48,201 bases of DNA from a virus. Taxonomy: Duplodnaviria > Caudoviricetes. The stretch covers positions 1 to 48,201 of the IMG/VR virus record IMGVR_UViG_3300023275_000046. One strand, written 5' to 3'. A program made the translations under genes and the position numbers. Within the stretch, counting starts at the first letter, position 1. Every line of letters begins with the position of its first letter. A model generated the notes under the pieces. It did not search any database. It saw only the letters and a program-made list of their open reading frames with translations, and was not told where the DNA came from. Shown in pieces: positions 45,842 through 48,201 of this stretch.

Positions 45842-46255
45842 ATGAAAACGACTCACGAACTAATCTGTGAGTGCTGCGAAAAAGTGGGCAAGCCGTGCCG
45901 CGTCGAAATTACGATCGACGATGCAATCGCGCAGGACAACGGCGAACCGAGTTGGAGCGGCGCGTGCCAGACGTGCGGGCCGCGGCTCGCGATTCCTGCT
46001 GCGCTTTATGCCGAACTCCGCGCACAGCACGAGGAAAAGGCCAACGGCGCAGCCAACGCCAACGCGGGCGATGCCATTGGCCGCGTGCTGCCTGCGATCG
46101 AAGAACTGCAACGGTGTCTTTGGCAAAACGACGATGCAGAGTTCAACGCGTGGGTAGGACAGCAGCCGGATAAACATTGGGCAAAGCTCGATCTGTCAGC
46201 CTTGAGGATCGGCTATGAACTGGGCAAGGCTGCGCGGAGGGCCAATGGTCGCTAA
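45842..46255 (+). CDS. Hypothetical protein
   Basis: AGGA RBS; CECC and CQTC. Confidence 0.6.
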   Translation: MKTTHELICECCEKVGKPCRVEITIDDAIAQDNGEPSWSGACQTCGPRLAIPAALYAELRAQHEEKANGAANANAGDAIGRVLPAIEELQRCLWQNDDAEFNAWVGQQPDKHWAKLDLSALRIGYELGKAARRANGR

Positions 46256-46493
46256 GGCAGTCCGCCGCGCCGCCACGCTCGCGCGCCGCAACCGCTCGCG
46301 CGAGGCTACGTCACGCGAGTTCGACGGCGTGCCTAGCGACACGCTTGAACGCATGCGCGCTGGCTGCGCGACCCTGGTCGACGAGCAGCGCTCGTCGCTC
46401 AAGGCGAGCGAGCGTCTACTGAACCGGATCACTGGTGAGCAGCACCGCCGCCGGCATGCCGCGATCCGGCTGGTCAAAGCGGTGCCGGAATGA
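46245..46493 (+). CDS. Hypothetical protein
   Basis: GGAGG RBS. Confidence 0.55.
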   Translation: MVAKAVRRAATLARRNRSREATSREFDGVPSDTLERMRAGCATLVDEQRSSLKASERLLNRITGEQHRRRHAAIRLVKAVPE

Positions 46494-46660
46494 CGCCCCA
46501 GGACATTGCGACGTGGCACATGGTGTTTTTTGGCCACCGAATGCGCGCGCTCGAAATCGTGGCGCAGCGGATGCCTAAGGCGACGCCCGAAGAACTCACG
46601 AAAGAGGCCGACAAGCTGCTGCGGTGGGCCGCCGCGACTGACCAATCGAGCACGTCATGA
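46490..46660 (+). CDS. 56-aa hypothetical protein
   Basis: ATGA overlaps at both ends; MTPQDIATWHMVFFGHRMRALE. Confidence 0.5.
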   Translation: MTPQDIATWHMVFFGHRMRALEIVAQRMPKATPEELTKEADKLLRWAAATDQSSTS

Positions 46661-46869
46661 GCATGTACCTCACCCCCGATGAAGTCGCCGAAATCACGGA
46701 CTGCAAGCGCCGGGACACCCAGTGCGAGCGCCTGGCGAAGATGGGAATTCCGTTCCGGCCGTCGTTCGCTGGCCGCCCCCTTGTTGAGCGCGCGGCCGTG
46801 CTGACGTATAAGGATCGACCGCAGAAAAAGCGGTCGGAACCCAACTTCGACGCGATCAAGGTGGCATGA
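46657..46869 (+). CDS. DUF4224 excisionase-like protein
   Basis: YLTPDEVAEITD.KR...Q...L..MGIPF....GRPLV...EPNF; directly upstream of the integrase. Confidence 0.82.
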   Translation: MSMYLTPDEVAEITDCKRRDTQCERLAKMGIPFRPSFAGRPLVERAAVLTYKDRPQKKRSEPNFDAIKVA

Positions 46870-46870
46870 C

Positions 46871-47848
46871 GTGAGCCGCAGGATCCACAAGCGCCTATAT
46901 TTCGATCACGGCGCGTACTACTACGTCGCGCGGTCGGGCGGAAAGGTGAAGTGGACGAAGCTCTCTGCCGACTATGGCGACGCTCTGCGGAAATGGGCCG
47001 AGATTGAGGGCGGCGCGAAGCCGAGGGCGTGGACCGTCGGCGAGGCGATTGCGCACTACCTCACGGTCTCTGCCCAACGCCTTAGCAAGATCACGCTCGC
47101 CGGCTACGCGCAGAACGCGCGGCACCTGCTGCCCGTGTTCGGGCACGTCTCGATCGAAGACGTCACGCGCGCCCATGTGTACGCGTACGTTGTCAAGCGA
47201 GGCAATTATGCCGGCAACCGCGAGCGCGGATTACTGTCAGCCGTGTACGCGCATCTCGGACGATCCGGCGTGTTCAACGGCCAGAACCCCGCCGGTGGCA
47301 TGCGGTTTCGAAATCCAGAAAAGCCGCGCAAGCGCTACGTCACCGACGAAGAATTGCACGCCTTGTTGGCTGCGGCGAGTCCCCGCATGCGAAACCTATT
47401 TTCGTTCGCCTACCTCACTGGCATGCGACAGGCCGACGTGATCGGATTGCGGTTAACTGCGGCGACCGACGAAGGCATCGCATACACAATGCAGAAAACC
47501 GGCGAGGCGCACCTGATCGCCTGGACAGACGAACTTCGCGCGTTATGGAAAGAGGCCGCGCGCAGTCGCATCGGCGCGCAACCGTTGTTCCTCGCGCGTG
47601 ACGGCATCGCATATAAATCGAGTGGTCTGCAGGCTGCTACGCGCAGGATCGCGAAGCGTGCGGGGCTCGTCGATTTGCACTTTCACGACCTACGACGGAA
47701 GGCCGGCAGCGACAGCGTTGACCTGGGCAGCGCGCAGGAGCTTCTAGGCCATGTCGACAGCAAGGTCACACGCCGTCACTACCGTGCGAAACTGGTCGCA
47801 GCGACGCCGGTCGACATGCCGAGTGTTAGGCAGAATCCAAAACGTTAG
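46871..47848 (+). CDS. int: Tyrosine integrase
   Basis: TGMR, QKT, FHDLRR, LLGH, RRHY catalytic residues all present. Confidence 0.93.
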   Translation: MSRRIHKRLYFDHGAYYYVARSGGKVKWTKLSADYGDALRKWAEIEGGAKPRAWTVGEAIAHYLTVSAQRLSKITLAGYAQNARHLLPVFGHVSIEDVTRAHVYAYVVKRGNYAGNRERGLLSAVYAHLGRSGVFNGQNPAGGMRFRNPEKPRKRYVTDEELHALLAAASPRMRNLFSFAYLTGMRQADVIGLRLTAATDEGIAYTMQKTGEAHLIAWTDELRALWKEAARSRIGAQPLFLARDGIAYKSSGLQAATRRIAKRAGLVDLHFHDLRRKAGSDSVDLGSAQELLGHVDSKVTRRHYRAKLVAATPVDMPSVRQNPKR

Positions 47849-47852
47849 GCAG
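47825..47852 (+). repeat. Tandem GTTAGGCAG direct repeats, candidate integrase arm sites
   Basis: Copies at 47825-47833 and 47844-47852, between int and the host junction. Confidence 0.55.
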
Positions 47853-47922
47853 TGCGACAGCGCGCGGTAACCGGAAAGTCGCGCGCCGCCTCACTCTGCC
47901 AGAAGCGCGCAAAAGTGTCGTC

Positions 47923-48201
47923 TTGATGGTGAGTCATGGCGACAACGATCACGCCGGCGGCGCGCCAGCGGTCGCGAAGGCGTATCCGGAAGCGCAGCGC
48001 TATACGGGCGAGCCGCAGCGCTTGCCGATATCCGCCGCGCAGTGCCGCGCGGGGCAGGCCTGGCGCTGGGATGACGTCGGATTCCGCGTGCTCGGCCCGC
48101 TGCCGGCCGCACTCGGCGATGCGCCGGCGGCAAACGACAACGATCGCTCCTGCGTCCTGCTGGTCGAGGGCGCGGCGGGACGGTTGTTGCTGACCGGCGA
48201 C
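47923..48201 (+). pseudogene. comEC: 3' fragment of host comEC/rec2 (metallo-beta-lactamase domain), interrupted by the prophage; runs off the window edge
   Basis: Absent from the ORF track; translation LMVSHGDNDHAGG...CRAGQAWRWDDVGFRVLGP...NDNDRSCVLLVEG..GRLLLTGD; in-frame TAG upstream at 47827. Confidence 0.9.

Larger units (their letters stand above)
1..47920. mobile_element. Temperate siphovirus-like prophage (left end beyond window; right junction near 47,915-47,940)
   Basis: Contiguous tail/head/terminase/lysis/replication/cI-cro/recombination/integrase modules; host comEC 3' fragment starts about 75 bp after the integrase stop. Confidence 0.95.

Noticed and set aside
47936-48193. ORF-track 85-aa protein MATTITP...
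   Set aside because: Wrong frame; the overlapping frame carries clear ComEC motifs
1-48201. tRNA/rRNA genes, IS elements, diversity-generating retroelement or retron
   Set aside because: No cloverleaf, transposase or reverse transcriptase motifs were seen by eye; tRNAscan and Infernal were not run, so small RNAs could be missed

Overview
Almost the whole window (1 to about 47,920) is the right-hand part of a GC-rich temperate siphovirus-type prophage; its left end lies beyond the window. On the minus strand run the tail, head, packaging, lysis and replication genes (prim-pol primase, iteron origin, Dda/RecD-like helicase, RusA), then cII and cro. On the plus strand run cI, the early recombination and accessory genes, an excisionase-like gene and a tyrosine integrase. 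A 5-kb plus-strand accessory island (secreted proteins, PD-(D/E)xK nuclease, MTase-nuclease fusion) sits inside the head operon. The last ~280 bp are host DNA encoding the C-terminal metallo-beta-lactamase domain of ComEC/Rec2 without its 5' end, so the phage appears to be integrated inside comEC. The most notable signals are: (1) a signal-peptide-bearing truncated homologue of a proteobacterial S-layer/cell-surface protein N-terminus between endolysin and spanin; (2) comEC interruption by a prophage with a frameshifted portal but apparently intact excision and immunity genes, a candidate competence switch; (3) a lambda-like pRE followed by an ORF that runs in frame into cI; (4) split spanins, with an o-spanin carrying a prepilin-like leader. 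All family assignments come from motif recognition by eye; no searches were run. A Rhodanobacteraceae/Xanthomonadales-like host is an inference.
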